A stretch of 53,662 nt of DNA, filler included, from Bipalium vagum (lineage: Eukaryota), in assembly GCA_037834085.1 (NCBI GenBank). It is 3 parts of 3 records of this genome, joined end to end, with 100 filler letters (N's around TTAATTAATTAA, not from the genome) between each part and the next. Parts side by side here need not be neighbours in the genome. Positions count along the whole stretch, not along the records: positions 1 to 18,055 come from JBBMKC010042586.1; positions 18,156 to 36,544 come from JBBMKC010030423.1; 1 more part is not named here. The stretch is one strand, 5' to 3'. Positions 13,401 to 26,339 of this stretch are shown here, in pieces; position 1 is the first letter of the stretch, and every line of letters starts with the position of its first letter. A model generated the notes under the pieces. The model did not search any database. It was given only the letters and a program-made list of their open reading frames with translations, and was not told where the DNA came from. Position numbers and translations under genes: made by a program.

Positions 13401-14664
13401 TTTTCGAGATAAACCTTGCGTCAAGGCAAAGAAGGACGGGATATAAATAAATTATTAATATAAGTTATAAAGTCACTTAAAATATACAAGAAATATTAAA
13501 ATAATAAATAGCAATAATGATCTTCCCGACTCTGGTCCTTTGGTGATCTACTCGGACTCTACGGTTGTCCACTATGCATCTAACATAATTCATTTTAACA
13601 GTTACTGATATTAAACTTACAGTGATACTGTTAGAAATCTGCAACTCTTTTCAAATATAACAGATTTTGACTGCAACCCCTCAAACGTTCGTAACACATT
13701 CAGAAATTTGAATATGACTGTAATACTTACAATAACATACTCGAAACAGAAAGAAATGTCTGTAACATCCTTAAAATACTTCGGTACACTTTATCATTTG
13801 CACAGCTATTACTTTTAGCTCCCTGAACTGCCTGTAACCGCTCAACAGTTTGGAAACCTTTTAATATCCCTTCTTGAATAACCCAGTCGTTGTATCTACC
13901 ACCGTTAGGTAATTCGCCTATAAAAAGTACTAACCAGGCCAATTCGAGATCAAATTCGGCCTTCTTCAGAGTAATTCGTTTAAATTGGGTTCTAATGATG
14001 AATTTATGTTTTTATGAATTTATGCAAATCACTTGGATTATCAAATTACTCTCCAAATATCTAGGGGTTCTTCGGCAGCCCGTCCTGCCATTATTAATTA
14101 GTTCTCTACCTATTATTCGTATTCTAATTCTTATTTTTATTATTTTAATTAGTATTGAAATTAATATTTTTAATCTTCTCAGAGTACGTTTCAGAATTCC
14201 AATACTAATATAAATAAAGAAAATATTAATAAATAATAAATAATAAAAAATGATTTCAGTTCTCTTTTTGAGTTTTGTACTCCGATTGAGTCTTAATTTT
14301 TTACAATAAGGCAAACTGTTATCCGAAAGATTAAACAAGGTAAATCAGCACGCTGCAAACATTCCCCAACACCAAATTGCAGACCAAGAAATGTTGGAAA
14401 GGAGCTTTGTGAACTTGGCAGTCGGTTGAACAACATAAAATTTTATTATATCACCATTAAATAAGCAAACAATCAACATTTGGCCAATGATAAAATCTGA
14501 TAATAATTTATCATGATTTTATGATAAAATATTTTTAGAAAAATATTTCCAATTTTTCCTTAAAAAGAAAAATAAAATGATTTTTATTTCTCCAAGGATA
14601 ACCTCGTATTTGTTTATGAAGAATAATTCTGTATGAAATCAAAAAATTACTTGCAAATATTTAG

Positions 14665-14768
14665 ATCTCATGGTAGCTTGGGCGGCCATATTACCACAGC
14701 TGATCTGGACATTCACTGTGTATTTCCTAGCCTCTGACAATGTCTGCAAGCTCATGAAATACGTACAG
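14665..14768 (+). CDS. Same GPCR, exon encoding TM2-ECL1-start of TM3
   Basis: atttag|at ctc...gta cag|gcaagc, 104 nt, phase 1 to 0. Translates (D)LMVAWAAILPQLIWTFTVYFLASDNVCKLMKYVQ. LPQLxW and CKxxKYxQ are typical of vasopressin-family receptors. Phase-compatible with both neighbouring exons. Confidence 0.9.
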
Positions 14769-16100
14769 GCAAGCTTATTGTTACTGTCAAATTATTATTA
14801 TTATTATTATTTTAATTTGTATTATAAATAACTCATTTTTAATACTGATAATAATAATATTTTTTATGTAAATCGATTTAGGTTAATCAGAAATTTTTAT
14901 TGATAATCAAAAAAGTGCTAAATATTTGATTTAATTTTAGCATACATTGTGTGACATCCACGAGGCAAACATAATTATCGATGATCAACAATATTTTAGA
15001 ATCTGATCTAAGACATTTTTATGACTTGATCTTATAAATTGAAACTTGCTTATTTATGAAAATTTTAAAAACTCCTTTAGTTTTGAAATTTTTTTAGTTT
15101 AGACATAGAATGAACCCTCGTAAATAAACCGTTAAAAATCGATCTCTATTTCCTTTCGGATTGTAGAAGAAATTTAAATTCTATATTATCGACGGATTAT
15201 TGATGAAATTATTAAACAACTAATTAGTAAAATGTAATATCTAAATTAATATTATAAGAAGTGGTTCGAACAATTAGTTTGCTTGAATTTTTTTAAATAA
15301 GGACCTCACACCTAAATTAACAATTATTAAATGTTTTTAATTTAATGATTTTAAAAATTATAATGTTACGTTTTTTTTAATATTTAAATAAATATTTTAA
15401 ATAAATATATGTAAATTTTTATAAAGTAAATAATTTTATTTTAAAATAAAGGTGAGATCCATGTTTAAGAAGTTTGTTTAAGTTATCGGATTTAGTGAAG
15501 TATATTATTATTGCCTTGATCTTATATTATTATTGAAAATGACTACATAAAAATAAAACTAATATTATTAAATAATACATTTATAAGTTATCCGAAATAT
15601 TAAAAAAATATCCCTCCGATAACGGATCATGAATTTTCAAATTATTGAATCAAATTTTGTTAGAAACATTTTAAATTGATGAGTTTTTAAAAAACTTTTC
15701 CGGTTTATAAGAGTTTTGGAATTTAGAGAGGGTTCACTTAATTTTGTTTATACATTTTGGGTCCATGAAAGTCTTAAAAATTCTCACAAATAGAATTTCA
15801 GAAAATATATATATTGTATATAATTGTTTCGTGTTTATTCATACGATCATTTAATACGCTCACTATTTTAATGAATGCAAAGTTTTATTAATTTTTCATA
15901 ATATTTTCGGAATATTTTTAAAATATTTAAAATTTAAAAAATTCCTTTGGGATTAGTTTAAAAACCATTAAGTAAACTATTTATTTTGTTTTTCTTCAAG
16001 AGAAGCAGAAATTTAAATAAGTTTCGATTTAGCAAAAAATATCATTTATTATAGTCATAATCAATTGATTACAAATCAAAAGATTAAAGCAAAACAACAA

Positions 16101-16101
<1 letters not shown>

Positions 16102-16131
<30 letters not shown>

Positions 16132-16146
16132 GTAGTAGTAGTAGTA
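16102..16146. repeat. Compound (TTA)n(GTA)n microsatellite
   Basis: Direct reading. Confidence 0.9.
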
Positions 16147-16217
16147 GACTATTACTTTCATAGTCTACAAATGAAATTATTTTTGCACCATCGTAATACA
16201 TTCGTTTATAAATAATA

Positions 16218-16508
16218 GGTACTATTCTACTTTAACAACCCTGTGTTATAAGCAAACCAATCCTAACACAGGGCTATTTTTAGATTTTATATTATATAGG
16301 CTATTTATGTTGTTAAAGTAAAATAGAACCTAATTATGTCATACAAATCAATTTTCCAATAAGACGTGATGGTTCCTTTATTAGCATAGTTTATTAGGTT
16401 CTATTTTACTTTAACAACATAAATAGCTATATAAAATAAAATCTAAAAATAACCCTGTGTTATGATTGGTTTGCTGATAACACAGGGTTGTTAAAGTAAA
16501 ATAGTATC
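16218..16508. mobile_element. Foldback MITE with ~115-bp TIRs and 8-bp TSD (Merlin-like)
   Basis: Arms 16218-~16334 and ~16393-16508 are near-perfect reverse complements. Flanked by direct repeat AAATAATA (16210-16217 and 16509-16516). Termini GGTACT...AGTATC. Confidence 0.9.
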
Positions 16509-16524
16509 AAATAATATACTTGAT

Positions 16525-16941
16525 AAGGCTAAAAAACACTTAGAGTTTCCAGAAATGATAAAGTCAACTCATCAATTTTTTAACAATTCGTTAACATTAC
16601 TCTACATGACCAAGATTTACATTGACACAATTTTTCGAAAACACTTGTTCAACCAGATGAAAATTCTCGGATCCAGCTATAAATGATTGCCTGAAATGAT
16701 CGACGTATACCGCTTAAAGCTGATCAATAATTTCCTTCTTGCTAGATCTCTTAAGCAATAAAAATGGATCACAGTATAATTTCACTTTGTCGAACAATTT
16801 TTTGAACTAACCTCATCAGTGGAAACAAATATCGAAATATTTAAGCCAATCGTATATTTCATATGATTATTACTTTTCACCTGCAAAACGTTAACTAAGT
16901 GTCTTCAATAATTCTGGTACAGTCTAAGTGTTTTTAGCCTT
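16525..16941. mobile_element. Non-autonomous TIR element (MITE)
   Basis: Imperfect ~30-bp inverted repeats AAGGCTAAAAAACACTTAGAGTTTCCAGAA / TTCTGGTACAGTCTAAGTGTTTTTAGCCTT. Exact termini unclear. Confidence 0.7.
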
Positions 16942-17025
16942 CCAATTTGAGTATGATATCAAGTAGTTTCATTTTATATAGATTTTTTTACTTTTAAATG
17001 CTTGATGAGTTACTATTTTTATCAG

Positions 17026-17119
17026 GTATCAGTCAACCATGCTAGTGCTTACGCTCTGGTAGCCATGAGTATCGATCGGATGGATGCCATTGTGAGACCG
17101 TTTAAAGTTTCTGACTTAA
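17026..17119 (+). CDS. Same GPCR, exon encoding TM3-ICL2
   Basis: ttttatcag|gta...tta a|gtatgt, 94 nt, phase 0 to 1. Translates VSVNHASAYALVAMSIDRMDAIVRPFKVSDL, a DRY-motif variant (DRM) in a CCAP/NPS receptor-like S-x-Y-x-LVA-x-SIDR-x-DAI-xx-P context. TM4-7 exons were not found. Confidence 0.9.
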
Positions 17120-17849
17120 GTATGTTTCCACTATTCTTTATTTTATTTTTTACCCATCTCTTCTTTTGAATTACTTTCTGAAAAAATCCCCAAATCTGGT
17201 GGATAATGTGTATCATTTTTGTCATTTTTGAGAATCTTTTTAAAATTCAGGACTGCTAAGAAGTCCTTGATTTGCATTTTAAGATATCGCCGAATTTTGA
17301 AGTATTTTAAATTTTTGTCAAAAACTATTTCCTTAAAAATATCGATGGGTGAACAATGTGAACTTAACTTAATATAAACAAAAAAGGTAAGTCTAGAGCA
17401 AGTCTATTATTGTTTATTTTTTGTAGATGGTTGTTCAGATTTTGTGAAAATAGATTTTTACTGTATAATATAATTAGTGATAAAAATTTGAAACCGTGAC
17501 TTCACAATGTGCCACATAAATATTCAAAATGCATTTGGCACCGACGGATTTGTAGTTTTTTAAGTAACTGGGCGTATTTATGCGTAAGAGAAAGTTCAAA
17601 AATGAAGAGAATTTAAAATAACTTTCGAGGATTTTTTCGTCACTAAAAAGTTTGTGCAATTGGAGTGAATACACTATTTCCCGGAGTGAGAACTATCTGG
17701 ATTCAAATCTTGACTATATTCTGATTCATAAAGTGCTAGAATTGAGTTATTGAATTTTAAATTTTACATCAAAAATCAAAAATCAATCATTAATTATCTA
17801 TTGATTTTTGAAAATCTAAAATTGGTGTTGATAAAAATAATAATTGGTT

Positions 17850-17960
17850 TATTAGGTGTATGCATAAGTATATAAACATGTTTTTAATCATTGTTTAAAT
17901 AAATCAATAAATAATCAAAACACTCCGTTAATTTAAATTCTAGTAATTTAAATTGTATAT
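17850..17960 (+). mobile_element. 5' end fragment of the same mariner family as 28400-29294
   Basis: tattaggtgtatgcataagtat...tgtttaaataaatcaa matches the reverse complement of ~29220-29294. Confidence 0.7.
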
Positions 17961-18055
17961 TTATTGAAAAAAATCATTTTACAGGGTTTTAACCTCTATT
18001 TAGTTTTTTTAAACTTCAATATAGTATTTTAAAGTTCAATTTAGTTTTTTTAAAC

Positions 18056-18155
18056 NNNNNNNNNNNNNNNNNNNNNNNNNNNNNNNNNNNNNNNNNNNNT
18101 TAATTAATTAANNNNNNNNNNNNNNNNNNNNNNNNNNNNNNNNNNNNNNNNNNNN
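18056..18155. other. Artificial contig spacer
   Basis: 44 N + TTAATTAATTAA + 44 N; the 12-mer has stops in all six frames. Confidence 0.97.
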
Positions 18156-18945
18156 TCGCTGATATTCCTCGTACTGGAAGACCACGCAATCAACGATGTG
18201 AGGAAAACATGGTGTCAGTCAGGGAAAGTGTTTCTGAAAAACCAGAAACATCAACAAGAAGACGTTCTAATGAACTTCAAATATCTAATCGTACACTCCA
18301 CCGAATTTTGAAGATTGATTTATTTATGCATCCTTACAAAATTCAAATGGTCCAAGAATTGCATCCTGATGACTTAGCGTTACGATTAAGGTACAGTAAT
18401 GGAATTTTTGTTAGAATATGAAAATGACGAAAATTTTTTGCGAAATTTGATGATGAGTGACGAGGCTTATTTCCATTTGAGCGGATTTGTGAACAAGCAA
18501 AATTGCAGATTTTGGTCGACAGAGAATTCCCATCGTGTTCAGCAATCGCCTCTTCATGCAGAACGAGTGACAGTTTAGTGCGGAATCACAATTAACAAAA
18601 TCTACGGCCCCTATTTTTTTGAAGATGACAATGGCAATGCCCAAACCATTAACGGCCAGAGATATCGGGAAATGCTTAATAATTTTTTGTTTCCGCAGCT
18701 GGAAGAAGGAAACAACATATGGTTTCAACAGGATGGTGCCACGGCCCATACAGCACGACTTACAATGGCTATTTTGCGAGAACAGTTTCCAAACGGAATC
18801 ATCTCAAAATTTGGAAATTTACCATGGCCACCAAGATCTCCAGATTTGACTGTTCCTGATTACTTTCTTTGGGGGTATGTAAAAGAAAAAGTTTATTTCA
18901 ATAAACCAAGTAATCTGAAAAACCTTAAAGCCAACATTAATCATA
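18156..18945 (+). mobile_element. rosa-family (DD41D) Tc1/mariner transposase, weakly decayed
   Basis: HPYKIQMVQEL, MMSDEAYFHLSGFVNKQNCRFW, FQQDGATAH...WPPRSPDLTVPDYFLWG. 41 residues counted between the 2nd and 3rd Asp. At least one frameshift and one stop; 5' end cut by the gap. Confidence 0.93.
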
Positions 18946-19290
18946 CACGGTTATGAAAACTGGGGTGGTTTTGAGAAAGCTTTTATAATCATATTACTTC
19001 TGGAATGTGGCCCCCATACTTTCCTGATGTAATCCGCTTGACTATTACATATGGAGCGCGGTTGAAGCGACAAAAGCAAAGACAAAAAGCAAAATAGAAT
19101 ATAGCAAGCATTTTAAAATTTGCCGATTGTTGTTCCAGGGGTCGTGTAGAGGCTGTCAACGATGTTGATGATTGGTTTATTGAATAATTACAACCTCTGA
19201 TGTTTAATGTTACTGATGATTTTGTAATTTCGAATTTATCTCCAAATTCGTAATTTTTAGAGATATTTTTTTACTGTATTTTTATGCACC
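18946..19290 (+). mobile_element. maT-like transposase C-terminal remnant
   Basis: FYNHITSGMWPPYFPD / NPLDYYIWSAVEAT immediately after the rosa sequence. Confidence 0.65.
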
Positions 19291-21249
19291 AGTTCTACTC
19301 ACACACATTGTGTATAAACTTCAACTTCAGAAACCAAACCTGGAAGAAGGTCATAGAACTTGATAATCCAAATTAAAGTACTCAAGTAAGGTATTTGTCA
19401 CATTTTCAAAGACTTAAAATTTTTTAACATTTAGAAATTGACGTAATGACCTGAAGAGGTGAAAATGAGACAGAGCATGATCGAGTGATTATGTGGGATG
19501 AGAGAAAATTTTCTATCTCAGCTCCTTAACTTTTTCTCTAGTTATCCTTTTTTCCTTTGTATTATTTATTAAATTGTTGGAGTACGATCTACTTCAACAA
19601 GAGACCAAAAAGGTATCTTCATCAAATCGAACATGAAAACCAGTTATAAGGGCATTTTAAAAGTCAAAATTCCAACTCCTAAATCTGTTAAATCATCGTT
19701 GACACTTACGAACGTCTCAGGAATCCGTATGGATTTCTTTGATATTTGCAGTTGATGTCCTTGCGTTATGACCACTATGATACTAGGACAGCACACAATG
19801 CCTAATGCGGCCCTTTTCAATTTTACATTTGTTGTCAGCCATTTTTCAATGTTTTCTAAATTTTAAATTCTGCAAAATAATCATTTATAGATTTACACAT
19901 CTATTATAGATAATTAAGACAACTAATTATTAATGATAATTTTATAAAACTTGTAAATCCTTCTAATTTTGCATTGTCCGATAAAAGCGATATTACTTAT
20001 TAGTACCCGTAATATACTACTTTGATAATAGTTATTCTACTATTTCAATAATATATTCATTGGTTATTATTTTCCAAATAACATTTAAGTATTTACTTGT
20101 TTTTACTATTGATATCAAACTGTTTTGAAGATCATACTTTAGTTTAAAAATTTTCTTTTCGAATGTCTTAACAAAAAAAAATCATAACGAATAAACAAAA
20201 GAGAGATTTGAAAATTAACGAGTTTTTCTTTAAATTATCTTATTTAAGATTCTTGTTCGGTAAGAACTCATAGATTTTAATATATAAAATATTTACAAAA
20301 ATCAATAATCTTCTTATAAATAAAAATAATTTATTATTTTTTTAATATTAAAAGCTAACAAAAACGCACTACAAAATAAAATCAATACTAATTCCTCTTT
20401 TTATTTTATTTATTTATTATCACTTTCATAATTATGTTATTTATGTGTTTGTTAATATTATCTTAAAATATTTTCGTACTGTATTCCAACAAATTCCTGA
20501 TATGAATTAAAATCTTATAATTTTATAAAATGTCAGAAAAATGGGATGTTTCTTTTACTTAAACAGTTAACAAAATCAAATCCGTGTTTCCGACGTTATA
20601 GGTGTTGGAATAGAGACTGTTCACATATCTGTAATCATGTTATCCATAGAATTTTAATCAACTTTCAATCACTGTTTTTTCGGTTCACGGACATTTGTAA
20701 TCATTCAATTCAATAAACGCTGTCTATATAAACAATATTCCTACCGTAACCTTAGGTTAAAAGCAGAACCTGTCCATTACTATAAGGAAACATTTGTCAA
20801 GATTTCGAACGATAAAAAGGAACTTCGTAATTGATAGTTTAGGTCTTAATTACATGTTGTTAAGTACAATTTGATATCAGACAGAAAATCGGCTTTAGTC
20901 AATTTAACACAGAATCCCAGTATTATGTCGACATTTCTTCCCAAAGTCATTTCTATCCTAATGTGACTAAAAATAAATGAACAAATATAGAAATTATTTT
21001 AAAAATTAATTTCTTTCATTATTAATATTATTTTTGCTTTAATCTTTTTTTATTGTGGAGCTATTCCTTCAATTCGACCAAGTTTAAATTGATAAAATAT
21101 TTTATTAAAAATATAAAGTTATTACTGGTGATATATACTTAACTTTACACGAAATCTCAAAAAGATGTATACATGTATTAAATATAAATCGTTAAGTAAT
21201 TGTAAGTCCTTATTACTTGTTTTATAGTTTGTTTAAATACTCCAATAAC

Positions 21250-21600
21250 TGGTAAGAAATTACCACTATTTTAAACCTATAAATTTATTCTGAAATGTTG
21301 AATAATAAAATTACTTCAAGTTTGAAAATATAAAAGAGGTACAGGCCCTGTTCAAGAAAAAATTTCAGATAGAAGACTCCAACAAAACTGACAATCAGTC
21401 AAATAAAGGATAAATTCGAAAAATGTATTAATAATGTCAACAAAAACCGTTCTGGGAGGCGAAGAAGATCGACAAATACCACAAAGGAAGAAAGAAAACT
21501 GAAATTGTGTACTCGAAGCTCACAAATATCTGTGAGACAAGCAAGTCTTGAGTTAGGAATCTCAAAAGATTATGTTCACCGAACTTTGAAGGGCTTCCAT
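21250..21600 (+). mobile_element. Tc1/mariner N-terminal (HTH) remnant
   Basis: PTKLTISQIKDKFEK...NKNRSGRRR...SVRQASLELGISKDYVHRTLK. Confidence 0.65.
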
Positions 21601-24600
21601 ATAAAATTATATTAATTTTAAAAAATTATTTTTACAAAATGTAAGATGAAACCATTAAAACCTAGACCAGATTCTTTTATTGTTAAAATTGATACTTCAT
21701 ACAATTCCGTAGGATTCTTCACGAAATCGGGTATAAAAATATCGTAAATTTTCCGTCTATAATTTTACTAAATGGTTTCAAGAATTATTTTTTCTTTTAT
21801 CTAAATGAATAATAATTTTATTAAAATATCTTTTAACGGCCAGAAATATTTTTACGGAATTTTACCTGACATGATAATTAAATTTTTTTTATAAAAATGG
21901 CTTGCAGCTTCGTATTTAATTGAAAAGATTTTCTGATGAACATCAGAATGTAATGCCACGTACATTTTTTCTTATAAAAAAAACCTGCTTCGTAGTCTCA
22001 AAGATTATTTTCTTGAAAAACGTGGAATCTTTATTTTTAGTACATTTTGATAATTATCTTTAAGATCAATTAATTAGACATTTATTTTTTCACTTTTTTC
22101 ACCACTAAAGTAATTATCAAACAAACGAGGCCTGGAAATATTGTTATTTTAGAATATTCATATATATATATATATATTATATTTTTTAATTTCGAAGCTG
22201 AGACGAGCAAAAATTGTGAAGAGCGAAAGTTTTAGATTTAAAAATTTAGATACTAATAAAAAAAATAATAAATAATAAATAATAAATAAATAAAAAATAA
22301 CAAATTTATATCCTACTGGATTGATAACTGTCTTATATGTTAATGGAAATAATAATATAAATAAATAAAATACTAAATAATATTTTTGTGTTTTAATATA
22401 GAACTTCAGAAATAAAATATAGAGCAAGCTTATTTTAATTTCTGTTGAAAATAAAAAGTAAATTGATCAATTTTTAAAACATTTTCTGAAGCGTATAAAT
22501 TCAATTTGTCTATAAGAGGAAAAATGAATTAATGTAGATTAAAGAAAACAATTTGAGATTGTGTCTGATATAAGCTCCAAAAGTGGAATAGTTTTGATAT
22601 TTTTCACTTTAGAATTGCTATGATAATTTTGGAAAAGAAATTAAAATTAAAATTGTTTTAAGGTTAAAACGATCCTAAGACAAAAACAGACACTGGGGAG
22701 TATATATATAAATATGAAATTAAATTATTAATTTTCTTCAAAAATTATACAGTAAGAAAGCCACATCTCAGATGTTCATTTTTAACTGGATCAGAGAATT
22801 TTTATCTGATTGAACAAGTGTTTCGATGCAACCAAAATATTAAGACCAAATTGGAACTTAGTGAAGAAATTACTAAGAAATGAGCCAAAATTACTTAAAA
22901 GTAGTTCTGAAAATCTAAATATATTCAAAAGACCCGTCCAGGTCTTTTTTGAGCAAATGAGAATCCAAAAGTTTTGTACAGTTTCGTGCTAAAAATTGCT
23001 TTGAAATAGGGTGCAATGGAATTGTTGACAGGTGGAAAGAGTGTTTCGAGAAAATTTCGAGAAATGAGACCTATAAATATATACGTATTGCTTAAAGTAC
23101 AAGATATTTTCAAAATATCTTCAATAATAGTCTAATTATTTTTAGCCTTACTCCTGCTCCTCCCACACATACAAACATACACACGTATATATTATGCTTA
23201 TTATATAATTTATTTATATTCTAGAATCTAGATCAATCATATTACATTTAGATACCATTAATGTAAATTTAAGAATATAGGTATTTCTAAAAAAGTTTTG
23301 ATTCAGTTTAGACGGATTTTCTTCATTCCTATTTACTTAAAATCCCAATCTTGATAATGTCAATTATAGGCCTCCGGTAAGCGGAATAGATTATCAATGT
23401 GGAGAAATTATTGAATATAATTTTAGATATCTAAATCCATTACCCTCTCATTAGATTGAATCGTGGAATGTCTAGTTGGGATCTCAAAGCATAATAATAT
23501 CAGTCAATCAAGTCTGTGCAAGCTTTATCTTATACTCATGGTTAAGATTATACACATGACTCTATCTATACTACAATTTCCGGAAACATTTGCGTATATT
23601 TCCTTAAACGAATACCAATATTTTTATTACTTCTTATTTCGCAAAGTCAATATGTTAAATTATCATCATTTCATTAATGGGACTATTAGATTATTCTCTC
23701 ACAAATAACGGAAATAGAGTCACTTAGATAGCTTATAAAGTAATTGGACAATAAAAAATTCTTTCTGAAACTTTGATTTTGTTATAATTTTACGGTTAAC
23801 ATTATGATATATTGTACTAAAATAATAAATTACATACATTATTTGGATGTTCAGAATGTGATTTTGATTTTTTCAATTCGATATTTCCTTCCAATTTTAG
23901 GGCATTTGATGTCATTTAAAATTATAATTTCAATATACATTTTATTAAATGAAGGTATGATTTGTTCAAACGTTTTGTTTATTTATTTCAGAAAACTTAG
24001 GCTGAATAATAGATTTGAATAATGAGAGAATAACGCTGAAAATGAGAAAAATTTCAGAATTGATTGAAGAAAACCGCAATATAATAACATGAAATATTAC
24101 TGCGGAATTAAGTTTGTCTAATTTAACTGTTTTGACAGCCTCAAACAACTCGGATTTGTTTCACAGCTTGATATATATATTCAACGCTCTTAATGAAAAT
24201 GTTTGATCCGAACTATTGAAATCTGTGCTATCCTTATTTTTAAATTAATTTTGTAGCTTCTTATAAATGTAGACGAAAAATGGATAATTTACAATAATGT
24301 GAAACGCAACTGATTACAAGACGATTACCAAGGTCAATTATTTCTAAAGTCGATATTCATCAAATAGGTAATGATTCCTGCTTGATGGGATTTTAAGAAA
24401 ATTATCTTTTCAACATTCTAAGAGTCAAATCAGAAATTAATTCGAAAGTTTACTGGTTACGTGAAATTCTAGCATTTAGCAAACGGGGCCAGAATTGATT
24501 AACAAAAGGATATGATACTTCATAAAGGCAATGCTGTATCTCCTACAAGTCAAGGTTAGTTGATTGGTGTAATAGACGCTGAACCAAAGAAAAGGACAGA

Positions 24601-24699
24601 TTTCCAACAATATTAACATGGACTATTTGACAATAGAAGAAATTAATAGTAAAAACTCAAGAAAAGATAAAATTCGTGGCGAAATGGAGTCCACCTGTC

Positions 24700-24930
24700 T
24701 TTTGTAAATCAAGAGCGATTTATTTCTCAATTTAAATATGATATATGATGCGAAAGTCTGCAACGGTGGCCTTTCGTTCAGTTTCCACTCAATCCCGATA
24801 TCTTTGCATAAACAAAATATGCAATGCAAAAAGGTCATGGTAGCAGTTTGAAGGCTTCTACGTAGTTCTAACACATCAACATATTTGAGCTGAGGCCCGT
24901 AAGACAATTACTGGCCATACATACTATTCA
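24700..24930 (-). mobile_element. Possible LTR retrotransposon (BEL/Pao-like) integrase remnant
   Basis: xGPQ (SDNGPQ-like) followed by CKDIGIEWKLNERPP (GIEWKFxPxRAP-like). Confidence 0.4.
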
Positions 24931-26339
24931 CAAATTGAAAATATTACGCCATAAATGAAATAAAATTTGAGTTCACCCAACGCTCTGATAGTAAGAAATG
25001 GTTTATGAACCGATTTTTATTATGTTTAAATTGAAAATTGATTTAACTTTTTAACAGTAAAATATGACTGAGTCTTGAAATATGTTAGGAGTAGATTCTA
25101 GGTTCCCAATTAATAAAATAACATCTGTTTTAAATAACAAGTCCATAATTCTTATTTAAATTAAGATCATAAAATAAAAACAATTGTATTTCAGAAGCCA
25201 GATAAATACAAGATTTGTTAGGATTCAATGTTAATAATGAATGGTATAATTTGTTAAATTCGAAACAACAGCGCTGAGCACTTAAAACTTAGATATATTT
25301 TTAATAATTATAAATAAAATTTTGGCGAGTTAATCTAAAAGTAAGAAATTATATAAAATAAGTTTCTGCAATGTGGTACATAAAATACAAGGTCATAACA
25401 AAGATAATAATTTCTAGGAACATTTTTCAATTTTGAAATTGATAATTTTAAATCGTACAAAGCCAAACGGTCGATCAATAATTAATTTTATCTTGGTAAA
25501 TGGTAGCGAGACAAGGTCACAGTGATAATAGGATACCACAAATCCATGTGTGATTATTTTCATATTTTCTCAATATCAGCAGTTTTATGGTGAAAAGATA
25601 AACGTCATTACTGTGATGAAGAATGATTTGTCGATTTCGATAATTTCTCTGATTAAAAATGATATTTACCTGTAATATTCCCCTTATTCTCGATATTTAT
25701 GTTTGATATAGTCTGTATTAAAACGAGCAAAAAATTAATTTTGAAATCTGACAAATTGTGTTAATTTAATGAATGGAACACTAACAATCTCAACTGATTG
25801 TACAGAATTGTTATATAATTTTAATACCCATGCATTCCTTGATGTTCATCCATTTGAATCTACAATCACTTCACTTGCGTAATCAGTCACAGTAGTTATC
25901 ATAACATTTCTTCATGAAATTCATCTTTCTGATTGTTTCTCTCACTTGAATTCTTCAGTCGATTGATGGAGAAGCTCGTGGATAAAGTTTCATTTTAACA
26001 GCAAAAAAATCAATTATTACGTTTCTTCAGTCCATATTATCATTAAGCCAAAGAAACAGGGGAGATTTTCATGTTTTAGCATTAACTCATTTTTTAATCT
26101 TTTACGACTTGAAATAAATTAATTACGATTCTTATAGATACTCAAATTCTGCGGTTATAATATTTATTAAAAAAATGAATGAAAATATATTCAAGAGTGA
26201 ATGATGGTTGAGTTTGATTGACCAGGGAGATTTATTAAACATTATTAAAATGTAATATAGTAGAGGCGAAGTTAGTCGAGACACTATAATGAAATTGGAT
26301 TTTATTTTTTCTTTATTAGGCTAATAATCCAGGGTTGCA

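Noticed and set aside
13890-14338. Hydrophobic Ile/Phe/Lys-rich ORFs (also 22158-22427, 33967-34319, 35563-35847)
   Set aside because: Composition expected from AT-rich low-complexity DNA; no homology signal.
18100-18111. Palindromic TTAATTAATTAA repeated at 36589-36600
   Set aside because: Embedded in exactly 44+44 Ns; a synthetic six-frame-stop linker, not biology.
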